Counted from the first letter of the stretch, positions 20,259 to 29,546 are shown. The stretch: 64,000 nucleotides of DNA from Dehalococcoidia bacterium (GCA_965261385.1 CBDHDB010000001.1:161145-225144); one strand, 5' to 3'. The notes: generated from the sequence alone by a model not told the origin. Program-made: numbers and translations.

Positions 20259-20333
20259 AGGGAATTGTATCCATTAGGAGACGGTATGCCAATATCTCCT
20301 AGCCGCTCTTTCTTGGCGGGGCAAGAGATATAG

Positions 20334-20363
20334 CGAAAACGCCCCGGTTCCCACCGGGGCGTT
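20334..20363 (-). terminator. rho-independent terminator
   Basis: Minus strand reads AACGCCCCGGT-GGGA-ACCGGGGCGTT followed by TT. 11-bp perfect stem, 24 nt after the stop of the small Zn-ribbon ORF. Confidence 0.6.
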
Positions 20364-20386
20364 AAGCCATTCGTATCGAAGTCTGT

Positions 20387-20581
20387 CTATCCGCGGTTGC
20401 GGTTGGCGTGGCTGCCTTCCGACTCCCAGCTCGTTATCTGGATGGAGTTCTTGAACTCGCGGACTTCCCCGCAGCGCCTGCAGGTGCCGTAGCTCGTTGG
20501 GCCGTTCGGACTCTCGATGGCCCAATGATGTGGACAGTCAGACTCCGTTGCGACAACTACCTCGGTCCCCTGCTGCGTCAT
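20387..20581 (-). CDS. small zinc-ribbon protein (CPHH...CRRC)
   Basis: 64 aa from ATG 20581, with GGGGGAG 7 nt upstream. Contains DCPHHW...GTCRRCGEVREF. Followed by a strong terminator. Confidence 0.55.
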   Translation of the reverse strand: MTQQGTEVVVATESDCPHHWAIESPNGPTSYGTCRRCGEVREFKNSIQITSWESEGSHANRNRG

Positions 20582-20613
20582 ACTCGAACTCCCCCTCTGC
20601 ATGGTTCCGCGCC

Positions 20614-21753
20614 TTAGCCCCGCTGGTCTATCGGGACGAACTTAACGTCCATCGGCCCGTCGTACCTGATCTGCGGGCGGATGAGCATGTTCTTGTCTTG
20701 CTGCTCCAGTATCTGCACCACGTAGCCGGGCACGCGCGCCACGGCGAAGATGGAGATGAACAGGTCCTCGGGTATGCCAAGCAGGTAGTAAACGGAGCCG
20801 GCCCAGAAGTCGACGTTCACGCAGATGCCCCGCTCCGCGTACGGCCGCATGTTCTCCTCGACCCTGCTGAGTATCTGGAACCACTTCGGGTCGCCTTCCT
20901 TCTCGGCCAGGAGCCGCGAGCCCTCCCGAAGGTGGCGGGCGCGAGGGTCCTCGGCGCGGTAGACCGCGTGCCCGAACCCCATGATGCGCTCTTTGCGCTC
21001 GCGTTTGCCCGCCAGGAAATTCTCGACGTTGTCCTCGTCGCCGATCTCTAGCGCCATCTTCATCACGCCCTCCGCCGCGCCGCCGTGGAGCGGGCCTTTG
21101 AGCGTCGCGATGCCGGTGACGACCGCCCCATGCACGTCGGCGAGGGTGCTGGCCGTGACGCGAGCCGCGAAGGATGAGGCGTTCGAGCCGTGGTCCAGGT
21201 GGACGATGAGGTCCTTGTCCATCAAACGCGCCGTGTCCTCGTCCGGGCGCTCGCCGAGGAGCATATAGAGGAAGTTCGCCGCGTGGGAGAGAGATGGGTT
21301 GGGGGGAACGATGGGTTGGCCGGTGCGGATCCGGTGATGCGCGGCCACGATTGTCGGGGTCTGGGCGCTGATCTTCATCCCTTTGCGGAGGGTCGCCTCG
21401 TGGGAGATGTCATCCACCTCCGGGTCGAAGGAGGCTAGCGCCGAGACGGCGGTCCGTAGGACGTCCATCGGGTGACCACCCTTGATCCGCTCTATGACCT
21501 CGATGACCTCTTGCGGAATCTCCCGGGACTGCCGGAGCGTGGCGTCGAACTCATCGAGCTCGGCTCTGGTGGGCAAATGCCCCTTCATCATGAGGAAGAC
21601 GACTTCTTCGAAGGTGGCCTGGGTGGCCAAGTCGTGGATGTCGTAGCCCCGGTAGATGAGCCGACCGATGTCGCCGATCACGAAGCTCGACTCGGTGGAC
21701 TCGAAGTAGACATCCCTAAGGCCCCTCTTTAGCTCAACGCCCTGCTGGACCAT
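20614..21753 (-). CDS. citrate synthase (short, ~380-aa type)
   Basis: Internal ATG 21753 with GGAGG upstream. LKGPLHGGA, MGFGHAVYR and DFWAGSVY motifs. The 40-aa N-terminal extension in the track is probably not translated. Confidence 0.9.
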   Translation of the reverse strand: MVQQGVELKRGLRDVYFESTESSFVIGDIGRLIYRGYDIHDLATQATFEEVVFLMMKGHLPTRAELDEFDATLRQSREIPQEVIEVIERIKGGHPMDVLRTAVSALASFDPEVDDISHEATLRKGMKISAQTPTIVAAHHRIRTGQPIVPPNPSLSHAANFLYMLLGERPDEDTARLMDKDLIVHLDHGSNASSFAARVTASTLADVHGAVVTGIATLKGPLHGGAAEGVMKMALEIGDEDNVENFLAGKRERKERIMGFGHAVYRAEDPRARHLREGSRLLAEKEGDPKWFQILSRVEENMRPYAERGICVNVDFWAGSVYYLLGIPEDLFISIFAVARVPGYVVQILEQQDKNMLIRPQIRYDGPMDVKFVPIDQRG

Positions 21754-22310
21754 GCAACCTCCTCCGTATTCCGCCCTTGAGCGGGACCGCCCGAGAGGGC
21801 TGTCGCGCCCCGTGAGCGGATGCGGGCAAGCCCGGCTACCATCCCCTAGCGCAAACCAACCCCTTCCGCTCAATCAACGGACCGGGGTTAGTTTGAATGC
21901 GGGTTTATGACATCGCGCCAGATGTCTATCGCCTGGATGGAGTCCGGCAAACCCAAGCTCGCGCCAGCGGAAGCGAGAATACACACGACGCCAAGGGGGT
22001 GTCAAACGCCCAAAGCCCCTCTCCGTCAGGCAACCTTTCCCACCGTGCGGCCCGTCCTTCAGCGGCGGCTCCGTTTGCGCGTAGCAGGACCTGTGCACGA
22101 ATCCGTCACGCTTCGGCGCGCCGGAGCGTGATACGTGCGCTTTCCACAGGGCCGTCGTGAGCAAAACGGCAGTTGACACTCCCTCTGCCCGACACATAGC
22201 CTATTGCGGCTGAGGCTCCGAACGGACTCCCAGGTCTAACGCGCGCGCCGCGCCTTTGAGCGCGTCAGACTTCCCGGGCTCCGTTCGCCACTATCGGGAG
22301 GATCCCAGCT

Positions 22311-24023
22311 ATGGCCTACCAGAGTGAGGTCGTCGTCCGTTTCGCGGGTGAAGGCGGCCAGGGAGTCGTCACCGCCGCCGAGATGCTCGCACGGGCTTCC
22401 ACCGGCGTCGGTTTCCACGCTCTCACCTTCGCTACTTTCCCGTCCCAGATTCTCGGAGGGCCCACTTGGACGCAAGCCCGCGTTTCGCGGGAGCCCGTCC
22501 TGAGCCCAGGGGACATGGTCGACATCCTCGTCGCCTTCAACGATTTCGCCTACGAAGAGCATCGGGGCGAGGTCCGCGACGGCGGCGTCATTCTCCTCGA
22601 CCCTTCCGTCACCCCCGACCCGGACGACACCGCCCACCGATGCATCACCGTCCCCTTCGACGAGCTCGCCAAGCAGACCGGCGAGACCCGCGCCGCCAAC
22701 ATGGTGGTGATGGGCGGCCTGTCCAAGCTCGTCAACATGCCCGTCCAATTCTTCAAGGACTTCGTCTCGCAACGATTCGCCGGACGAGCGGGCGTCGTCG
22801 AGGCGAACCATAAGGCCCTCGACCTTGGCCTCGCCCATCTAGCCGAGGAACCCTCGATCAGCGACCTCGGCATACCCGACAAGCCTGACTACGAGCAGAT
22901 ATTCATCAAGGGCAACGACGCCCTCTCCATCGGCGCCCTACACGCCGGCATCGACTTCTACTTCGGCTACCCCATCTCTCCCGCCACCCCCATCCTCATC
23001 TTCATGGAGCGCAACCTCGTCGGGGAAGGCAAATTCGCCTACCAGGCAAGCTCCGAGATCGAGGCCATCACCGGCATCATCGGCGCCGGCTTCTCCGGCA
23101 AGAAATCCATGACCGCCACCTCCGGCCCAGGTTTCACCCTCATGGGCGAGGGCATCGGCTTGGCGTGGATGGCCGAGATTCCTTGCGTCATCATCGACGT
23201 CCAGCGCGGCGGCCCGGCCACGGGCCTCCCCACCAAGACCGAACAGTCCGACCTGCTAGCCGCCCTTAGTCCCGCCCACGGCGACTCTAAGATTCCGGTC
23301 ATTGCGGTCGGGACCGTCGAGGAGTGCTTCCTCGCCGCCGTCCACGCCTTCAATTGGGCGGAGCGCTACCAAGGCCCCGTTATCATCCTCAGCGAGCACT
23401 CCCTCGCCGAGCGAGCACAGAACATCCGGCGGCCCGATCTCTCTCAGATTCCCGTCGAGACCCGCAGTCTCTACAAGGGTGACAACGGCTACCTCCGATA
23501 TGAGGCCAAGGAAATCTCTCCCTTCCCCGTCCCCGGCGGCGCCGGGGCTTATGTCGCCAACGGCTCCGAGCACGACATCTACGGCGACACGACTCACCTC
23601 GCCAAGTATCACATCCACATGACGGAGCGCCGGTTCAGCAAGCTCAAGGTCCTCGAAAACGGCTCCTACGAGAGCGACAACCCCTCCGCCCCCGTCGCAG
23701 TGATGCCGTGGGGCGCCTCGAAGGGCTCTGTGCTCGAGGCCTACAACCGGCTGCGGGCCGAGGGCGTCGACCTCTCTTGGCTCTACACCATGTTCCTCAA
23801 TCCGATGCCGACGGCGCTGCTGGATGAGCTGCGCTCGAAGGACCTCGTCATCGTTCCCGAGCTGAACTACCAAGGCCAGCTCGCCAGCATCCTGCGGTCG
23901 GAAGGCGTCAACGCCCAGGCCATCACCCAGTACACGGGCCTCCCTTTCCGGCCATACGAGCTCTGCGAGTTCATCAAGGCGCGCCTGGCCGAAGCCGGGC
24001 AGAAGCAGGCGGTTAAGGCATGA
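22311..24023 (+). CDS. korA: 2-oxoacid:ferredoxin oxidoreductase, fused gamma/alpha subunit
   Basis: 570 aa. N-terminal FAGEGGQGVVTAAEMLA (gamma-like) followed by the alpha domain (YPISPATPI...). GGGAGG upstream. Stop overlaps korB (ATGA). Confidence 0.85.
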   Translation: MAYQSEVVVRFAGEGGQGVVTAAEMLARASTGVGFHALTFATFPSQILGGPTWTQARVSREPVLSPGDMVDILVAFNDFAYEEHRGEVRDGGVILLDPSVTPDPDDTAHRCITVPFDELAKQTGETRAANMVVMGGLSKLVNMPVQFFKDFVSQRFAGRAGVVEANHKALDLGLAHLAEEPSISDLGIPDKPDYEQIFIKGNDALSIGALHAGIDFYFGYPISPATPILIFMERNLVGEGKFAYQASSEIEAITGIIGAGFSGKKSMTATSGPGFTLMGEGIGLAWMAEIPCVIIDVQRGGPATGLPTKTEQSDLLAALSPAHGDSKIPVIAVGTVEECFLAAVHAFNWAERYQGPVIILSEHSLAERAQNIRRPDLSQIPVETRSLYKGDNGYLRYEAKEISPFPVPGGAGAYVANGSEHDIYGDTTHLAKYHIHMTERRFSKLKVLENGSYESDNPSAPVAVMPWGASKGSVLEAYNRLRAEGVDLSWLYTMFLNPMPTALLDELRSKDLVIVPELNYQGQLASILRSEGVNAQAITQYTGLPFRPYELCEFIKARLAEAGQKQAVKA

Positions 24024-24892
24024 GCGGGACCACAAAGAACCCCGAGTACGACTTTAATTGGTGCCCCGGCTGCGGAGACTTCGGCGTCCGTCGCGCCATG
24101 GAATTCGCCATGAGGGACTGGAACATCGAGCACGAGATACCGATGTCCCACAACGTGGTCGTCGCGGGCATCGGCTGCTCGGGCAACCTCGTCCACCTGC
24201 TGGAGGGCGAGCAGCCCTACGGCTTCCACGGCATCCATGGCCGGTCGCTTCCCCTCGCCCTTGGCGTGAAGATGGCCCGCGAGGACCTCAACGTAGTCGT
24301 CGTCGCGGGGGACGGCGACTTCCTCAGCATAGGCATGGAGCACATCGCCCCACAAGCCTCCCGCAACCTCAACATCTGCGCCGTCGTCATGGACAACGGC
24401 GTCTACGGCCTCACCAAGGGCCAGTCCTCTCCCACGACCCTCGAAGATGTCGTCACGAGCTCCACCCCCTTCGGCAAGCTCGAATCTCCGATGAACCCCC
24501 TAGACCTCTACCTCACCCTAGGCGTCACCTACATCGCCTCCGGCTACTCCAGCAAGCCGCGAGACCTTGCCGGCCTCATCAAGGGCGGCATGGAGCATTC
24601 CGGCTTCTCCATCGTTCACGTCGCGTCCCCTTGCACCACCTATAACGATACCTACGCGCAGCTCAAGGGCAACGCGAAACAGGGCATCGCCGGCACGGCC
24701 TGGGACATTCCCGACGATCACGACGCGAGCAGCAAGAGCGCGGCGCGAGGCATCATCGAGCAGGGCGGAGTCCCCATGGGCCTCGTCTACGAAGACACCG
24801 ACCGTCCCTCCCTCGACCAGCGGATCGGCGCGGTCCGCCAGCGGGTGACCTCCAAGACCCCCGACGCCCTACTCGAGTCCTTCGTCATCTAG
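24020..24892 (+). CDS. korB: 2-oxoacid:ferredoxin oxidoreductase beta subunit (TPP-binding)
   Basis: 290 aa. WCPGCGDFG and GDGDFLSIG TPP motif. Confidence 0.88.
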   Translation: MSGTTKNPEYDFNWCPGCGDFGVRRAMEFAMRDWNIEHEIPMSHNVVVAGIGCSGNLVHLLEGEQPYGFHGIHGRSLPLALGVKMAREDLNVVVVAGDGDFLSIGMEHIAPQASRNLNICAVVMDNGVYGLTKGQSSPTTLEDVVTSSTPFGKLESPMNPLDLYLTLGVTYIASGYSSKPRDLAGLIKGGMEHSGFSIVHVASPCTTYNDTYAQLKGNAKQGIAGTAWDIPDDHDASSKSAARGIIEQGGVPMGLVYEDTDRPSLDQRIGAVRQRVTSKTPDALLESFVI

Positions 24893-24978
24893 CCGCTGGC
24901 CGGGTTCCTCCTCTCCTTAGGATTGTCGCCCGGAACCCACTACCGTCGCGCATGCCGGTAGGGCTGCAAGGCACTCAA

Positions 24979-25174
24979 ATGATCAAGAATGAACGGCAGT
25001 ACCGGATCATGAGAGCGCAAGCAGACCGGTTCTCGCAGACGCTCCACGGCCTCAAACAGCGCCCTAGCGGAGCTTGAGGGGATGCACCCCGCTATCGCGA
25101 AGGCCCAGGAGGACGCCCTGAGGAGCCAGCTAGCCGACCTTGAGCAGGAGTTGCGCGCTTACCAATCTCTGTAA
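24979..25174 (+). pseudogene. frameshifted, truncated remnant of an antitoxin-like regulator N-terminal domain
   Basis: MIKNERQYRIMRAQADRFSQTLHGLKQ then a +1 shift to ..ALAELEGMHPAIAKAQEDALRSQLADLEQELRAYQSL*. Span is 196 nt, not a multiple of 3. No HTH follows. Both pieces are below the ORF-track size cutoff. Confidence 0.3.
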
Positions 25175-25202
25175 GCCGATAGGCGCCAGCCGCTGGCCGG
25201 CG

Positions 25203-25718
25203 CTAACGCTGCCCCACGTACCGGCCCAGATACTCGCGCAACGCCACCCGTCCGCGGTGGAGTCTCGCCTTGAACGCCGGCACGCTTATCCCAACGACGT
25301 CCGACGCTTCCTCCGTGGATAACTGCTCCACGTCCCGAAGCACCACCGCCGTCCTCATTTCTTCTGGCAGCGACGCCAGCGCCTCCCCCAGCTTGTCGCG
25401 CAGCTCCGTATTCAGCGCCGCCGACTCCGGGCCGGGGGTCCAGTCCGCGACCTCCAGCTCCTCGACGCCACCCTGGGTCATCTCGCGCGGCCGCTTCTCC
25501 TTCCGGATCTTCTGCAGCGCCGCGTTCACCACGATCCGGTAGAGCCAGGTAGTGACCTGAGCGTCGCCCCGGAAGCGGCCGCGCGCGCGGTAAGCCGACA
25601 CGAACGCGTCCTGCACGACATCGTCCGCGTCCGCCGGGTTGTTCACCATCCGGTAGGCGATGTTATAGGCGTAGTCGGTGTACTGCTCGACTATCTGTGA
25701 AAAGGCTTCGTCGTCCAT
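25203..25718 (-). CDS. ECF-type RNA polymerase sigma-70 factor
   Basis: 171 aa. Region 2 (DADDVVQDAFVSAY...) and region 4 HTH (LSTEEASDVVGISVPAFKARLHRGR). Confidence 0.9.
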   Translation of the reverse strand: MDDEAFSQIVEQYTDYAYNIAYRMVNNPADADDVVQDAFVSAYRARGRFRGDAQVTTWLYRIVVNAALQKIRKEKRPREMTQGGVEELEVADWTPGPESAALNTELRDKLGEALASLPEEMRTAVVLRDVEQLSTEEASDVVGISVPAFKARLHRGRVALREYLGRYVGQR

Positions 25719-25870
25719 GGTTGAAAAGCAGCGGGGCCGCGTAGCATCTTAACCCGTGGCTGCCGCATCATAAGGATACGCGAGGCGCGATGGCGCTGGG
25801 GCATTCTCTCGGAGCAGGCAGTGGGGACTCGGCATGGGCGAGCTGGTCTCAGCGCAGCGGATATGAGCCA

Positions 25871-26161
25871 ATGCGGCGACCTGAAATGATGAACACACCC
25901 CTCAAATTCCTACGCCGGTTATTCGGGAAGCCTGGCTTCGACTGCAACGACGTAATGGAGAACTGCTCGGACTACGCCGACAACGAGCTGCCGACCGAGA
26001 CCCGCGCGAAATTCGACGCCCACCTGCTCGACTGCCCCGACTGCCCCGACTTCGTGCGCTCCTTCCTCGCCACCATCAACGCCCTGCGCAATCTCCCACG
26101 CCTATCGGCCGCGCCATCCCTCAAAGACCGCATTCGGAGCCAGATCGCCTCTTCAGGCTAG
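25871..26161 (+). CDS. zf-HC2 anti-sigma factor-like protein
   Basis: CNDVMENCSDYADNEL...HLLDCPDCPDFVRSF (H-x3-C-x2-C). Divergent from the ECF sigma gene. Start is ambiguous (25790, 25871 or 25886). Confidence 0.6.
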   Translation: MRRPEMMNTPLKFLRRLFGKPGFDCNDVMENCSDYADNELPTETRAKFDAHLLDCPDCPDFVRSFLATINALRNLPRLSAAPSLKDRIRSQIASSG

Positions 26162-26167
26162 CTCGCC

Positions 26168-26788
26168 CTAGTACCCTGAGAAACGCTCCTCTCGCCAAGG
26201 GTCTCCGCGCATGTGGTAGCCGTTCACTTCCCAGAACCCCGGACTGTCCGCGTCCAGCAGCTCCACCCCTTTCACCCATTTCGCGCTCTTCCATCCGTAG
26301 CGCGACGGCACGACCAAGCGCAGCGGCCCCCCGTGCCCCCGTTCGAGAGGCGCTCCGTCCTGCCGGTGAACAAACAGCACGTCCGGCGGGCGCAGGGCGG
26401 CGAGGTCAATGTTCGTCGTATAGCCGTCGTAGCAATGAATCATCGCGAACCGCGCGCGGGCGTTCGGCGACGCCAGTCCAATCACGCGCATTGCCTGCGC
26501 CCCCTCCCAGCCCACGTTCAGCCGCGACCACTGCGTTACGCAATGGAAGTCGGCCACGACCTCCTCGTCCGCCAGACCCAGGAAATCGTCCCAGGTGAGC
26601 TCGACCGGGCTTTCGACCTCGCCGGAGACGGTCAGCCGCCAGTCCGCCATGTCGATGCGGGGCGTGCCGTTGATGCTCATCAGCGGCATCTTGGGCGTGA
26701 CGTACTGCCCCACGGGCACGCGCTCCTCCATGCCATCCGGGATGCCCCGACGGCCGAACGCGGCCCCGACCCGCCGAAATAGCTCCAT
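26168..26788 (-). CDS. sulfite-oxidase-like molybdopterin oxidoreductase (short form)
   Basis: Internal ATG 26788 gives 206 aa. DFHCVTQWS, GGPLRLVVP and YGWKSAKWV motifs. The remaining 258 N-terminal codons of the track ORF run antisense to ccmA and across a REP. Confidence 0.8.
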   Translation of the reverse strand: MELFRRVGAAFGRRGIPDGMEERVPVGQYVTPKMPLMSINGTPRIDMADWRLTVSGEVESPVELTWDDFLGLADEEVVADFHCVTQWSRLNVGWEGAQAMRVIGLASPNARARFAMIHCYDGYTTNIDLAALRPPDVLFVHRQDGAPLERGHGGPLRLVVPSRYGWKSAKWVKGVELLDADSPGFWEVNGYHMRGDPWREERFSGY

Positions 26789-26802
26789 ACCGCCTAACCT
26801 CC

Positions 26803-26885
26803 TCCTCTCCCCGTCTGCCCCAATCCCTTCCCCTGTCTGCTCCGGTCCTCTCCCCCGTCTACGGGGGAGAGTTAGAGAGAGGGTC
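26803..26885 (+). repeat. REP-b element
   Basis: ...CTGTCTGCTCCGGTCCTCTCCCCCGTCTACGGGGGAGAGTTAGAGAGAGGGT. Same family as 47003-47063. Lies between the divergent Mo-oxidoreductase and ccmA genes. Confidence 0.8.
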
Positions 26886-26956
26886 CGCGCGTCTGCCCGC
26901 CAAGCAGGGCGACCCGCAGGGTACACTAGCAGCCAGGCGCGCCGCGCCGCCTCATC

Positions 26957-27700
26957 ATGGCAGAGAACGCTCCAAACGCCCCGACGGGCGACTCCTACGC
27001 TGTCGAGCTGCGAGGCGTTTCCAAGGCATACGGCCGGACGGTAGCGCTCAGGTCGGTCGACCTCGCTGTCGGCTGGGGGCGCGTCCTCGCTCTGTTCGGT
27101 CACAATGGGGCTGGGAAGAGCACTCTCCTGCGCGTGGTCGCCACTCTTGTGAAGCCTGGCGAGGGCGCCGTGGCCGTCGCGGGCTTCGATCCCCAATCCA
27201 AGGCCCGGCTCGTTCGCGCTTCCGTCGGCTACGCGGGCCATCAAGACCTGCTGTACGACGACCTCACCCCCGTCGAGAACCTCCTGTTCTATGCCCGCCT
27301 CTACGACGCGCCCGCCGCTGACGAGCGCGTCCAGCGAGTGCTCGCCGACGTCGGGGCGCAGGGCTGGGCCGACCGCCGCGTACGAACGCTCTCGAACGGC
27401 ATGCGCAAGCGCGTCTCCATCGCCCGCGCGCTCCTCCACCGCCCCTCCGTCCTCCTCCTCGATGAGCCCGACTCCGGCCTCGACATCGAGGCGCAGGAGC
27501 TGGTCGACCTCGTCATGCGCGCCGTCGCCTCGGGCGGCGGGACCGTCGTCCTCACGACCCACGACGCGGCGCGCGGACTCGCCATCGCCGACGAGTACGC
27601 CGTCCTGCGCGGCGGCCGCCTCACCGCACGCGGGGCCGCCGCCGGAACGACCGCACCCGAGGTCGCGGCGATGCTCAGCGGAAGGGCGAGGGCATCCTGA
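26957..27700 (+). CDS. ccmA: heme exporter ATP-binding protein CcmA
   Basis: 247 aa. GHNGAGKST Walker A, LSNGMRKRVSIA signature, LLLDEP Walker B. Followed by ccmB and ccmC. Confidence 0.85.
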   Translation: MAENAPNAPTGDSYAVELRGVSKAYGRTVALRSVDLAVGWGRVLALFGHNGAGKSTLLRVVATLVKPGEGAVAVAGFDPQSKARLVRASVGYAGHQDLLYDDLTPVENLLFYARLYDAPAADERVQRVLADVGAQGWADRRVRTLSNGMRKRVSIARALLHRPSVLLLDEPDSGLDIEAQELVDLVMRAVASGGGTVVLTTHDAARGLAIADEYAVLRGGRLTARGAAAGTTAPEVAAMLSGRARAS

Positions 27701-28374
27701 TGGGAGCCCTCACGCGGGCCGCAGCCGCCGTGTTCATGAAGGACCTGCGCCTCGAAGCGCGCACCCGAGAGTCCCTCACGGCCATCCTCGCTTTCTCCCT
27801 CGTCGTGGCCTTCATCTTCAATTTCGCCTTCGACCCCTCTCCGCAGATCGTCGCCGTCGTCGGCCCCGGCATCGTTTGGGTCGCGTACATCTTCACGGGC
27901 GTCCTCGGCATGAACCGGACGTTCATCCTGGAACGCGAGCGCGGCACGCTGGACGGACTCCTGCTCGCGCCCGTGGGCCGCGAGGCAATCTACCTCGGCA
28001 AGCTTCTCGGCGCGCTGACGCTCCTGCTGGTCGTCGAGGCGCTCATGCTCCCCGTCTTCCTCGTCCTCTACGACCTCTCGCTGCTGAATCTCTGGTTCAT
28101 CGCCATCGCCGTCGCGGCCACGGTCGGGTTCGCGGCGGTCGGCACGCTCTTCTCGGCCCTCGCCGTCCACACGCGGGCCCGCGAGGCGATGCTCCCGCTG
28201 CTCTTCCTCCCGGTTGTTCTGCCCATCGTCATCGGCGCGGTGGCGGGCACCGGCGAGGCCCTCGACGGAAACGGCTGGAGCGGCGTTGGGCGGTGGCTCC
28301 AGCTCATCGTGGCCTTCGATGTCGTCTTCCTCGTGCTATCATCTTGGGCGTTCGAATTCGTGCTGGAGGAGTGA
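27700..28374 (+). CDS. ccmB: heme exporter protein CcmB
   Basis: 224 aa, 6 TM, typical CcmB pattern (FLKDLRLE..., LLAP...). Start overlaps the ccmA stop. Confidence 0.85.
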   Translation: MGALTRAAAAVFMKDLRLEARTRESLTAILAFSLVVAFIFNFAFDPSPQIVAVVGPGIVWVAYIFTGVLGMNRTFILERERGTLDGLLLAPVGREAIYLGKLLGALTLLLVVEALMLPVFLVLYDLSLLNLWFIAIAVAATVGFAAVGTLFSALAVHTRAREAMLPLLFLPVVLPIVIGAVAGTGEALDGNGWSGVGRWLQLIVAFDVVFLVLSSWAFEFVLEE

Positions 28375-29135
28375 TCTTGGCAATTGTGAGGGCCAACCGC
28401 GAGGCGCGGTCGGCCGTGTGGCGGCAGGGGCTGCTCCTCTTGGCCGGAGCCCTCGTCCTGATCGACCTCTACATGATTTTCGAGCACGCGCCGACCGAGC
28501 GCGTCATGGGGATCGTGCAGCGGCTCTTCTACTTCCACGTCCCCGTCGTCCTCACCAGCTTCATCTCGTTCGCCGTGGCGGCCGTGGGCAGCGCCGTCTA
28601 CCTGACGAGGCGCAGCCGCGCATGGGACCGGCTCGCCTACGCGTCCGCTGAAGTCGGCCTCGTCTTCTTCACCATCGCCATCATCACCGGCGCGGTATGG
28701 GCCAAGCCCGTGTGGGGAACATGGTGGGTCTGGGACGCCAACGGCACCCTCACCTTCGTCCTCTGGCTCATCTTCATCGGCTACCTCATGGTCCGCGCCT
28801 ACGCCCCCGACGCCGACCGCGGCCGCCGCTGGTCCGCCGTCGTCGGCATCATCGGCGCGGCGGCTGTTCCGTTCGTCTACAAGGCCGCGGACTGGTGGGG
28901 CGGCCTGCACCCCGAGCGCGTCACCGGCCCCGGCGCCGAGGGCTCGCTCGAAAGAGCAATGCTCACCACCCTCCTCTTCTCCTTCGCCGCCTTCCTTGTC
29001 CTCTACGTCGCGCTCATCGCCGAGCGGACCGCCCAACGCAAAGACGAGGAAACGCTCGAAGACCTACGCCGGACCATCGACGACCACTCTTCCGTCATTC
29101 CCGCGAAGGCGGGAACCTCGCAGCCCCCAGATTAG
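28371..29135 (+). CDS. ccmC: heme exporter protein CcmC, with a REP-derived C-terminal tail
   Basis: Last ~254 codons of track ORF 27291..29135. GTG 28371 overlaps the ccmB stop (GTGA). WGTWWVWD tryptophan-rich (WWD) motif. The last 16 aa (SSVIPAKAGTSQPPD) are encoded by a REP-a unit. Confidence 0.85.
   Translation: MILAIVRANREARSAVWRQGLLLLAGALVLIDLYMIFEHAPTERVMGIVQRLFYFHVPVVLTSFISFAVAAVGSAVYLTRRSRAWDRLAYASAEVGLVFFTIAIITGAVWAKPVWGTWWVWDANGTLTFVLWLIFIGYLMVRAYAPDADRGRRWSAVVGIIGAAAVPFVYKAADWWGGLHPERVTGPGAEGSLERAMLTTLLFSFAAFLVLYVALIAERTAQRKDEETLEDLRRTIDDHSSVIPAKAGTSQPPD
29093..29117 (+). repeat. REP-a palindromic element inside the ccmC 3' end
   Basis: CGTCATTCCCGCGAAGGCGGGAACC, translated in-frame as VIPAKAGT. 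The stop codon follows 18 nt later. Confidence 0.85.
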
Positions 29136-29138
29136 GAC

Positions 29139-29384
29139 ATGATGCGGACTAAGATCACAGGGCTGCTCGCCGTTCTCCTCCTCCTCGCCGTGGCCGCGCC
29201 GACAGCGATGGCCGCCACGTCCGCCCAGGAAGCGCCGGGCGAGAGCAACCTCGGCTTCCTCCTCGCGGGCACGCTCCTCACCTGGGCCGGCTTCTTCGCC
29301 TACGCCTTCTACATCTCCCGAAAGAACCGGGACCTCCGCCGCGAGATCGAGGAGCTTCGCCAGCTTCTCGACGAGCGGGAGTAG
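29139..29384 (+). CDS. CcmD-like small membrane protein
   Basis: 81 aa. N-terminal signal/TM, a second TM followed by YISRKNRDLRREIEELRQLL. Sits directly after ccmC. Confidence 0.6.
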   Translation: MMRTKITGLLAVLLLLAVAAPTAMAATSAQEAPGESNLGFLLAGTLLTWAGFFAYAFYISRKNRDLRREIEELRQLLDERE

Positions 29385-29395
29385 GCTGGCAGCTT

Positions 29396-29421
29396 CGTCA
29401 TTCCAGCAGAAGCTGGGATCC
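29396..29421 (+). repeat. REP-a variant (CGTCATTCCAGCAGAAGCTGGGATCC)
   Basis: Same architecture as REP-a, with stem CCAGC/GCTGG. Lies 12 nt after the ccmD-like stop. Confidence 0.7.
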
Positions 29422-29546
29422 AGAGTGCGCGCGAGCGCACGGGGTGAGGTAGTCGGGGAGGTGGGCGCTTGTCGTTTCGAACGGAACTCAGTGAGTCGAG
29501 GACCTCTCAGAAGATGGACGACCAGTAAACGTCCCGCAGTCAGTTC

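Noticed and set aside
21874-22197. Small ORFs in the 557-bp divergent intergenic region between citrate synthase and korA
   Set aside because: They show no coding-like composition or signals. The region more likely holds promoters and 5' UTRs. A TTGACA at ~22182 has no convincing -10.
25203-26161. Divergent (rather than co-oriented) ECF sigma and anti-sigma genes as an anomaly
   Set aside because: The zf-HC2 assignment and the start codon are uncertain, and divergent arrangements do occur. This is not strong enough to count as a finding.
26789-27562. 258-aa N-terminal extension of the Mo-oxidoreductase ORF 26168..27562
   Set aside because: The extension runs through a REP-b element and antisense to ccmA. 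Homology-like sequence begins at MELFRR (ATG 26788).
27291-29135. 614-aa ORF spanning ccmA, ccmB and ccmC
   Set aside because: The first ~360 codons overlap the genuine ccmA and ccmB frames and are Pro/Arg-rich nonsense. Only the last ~254 codons (from GTG 28371) are CcmC.
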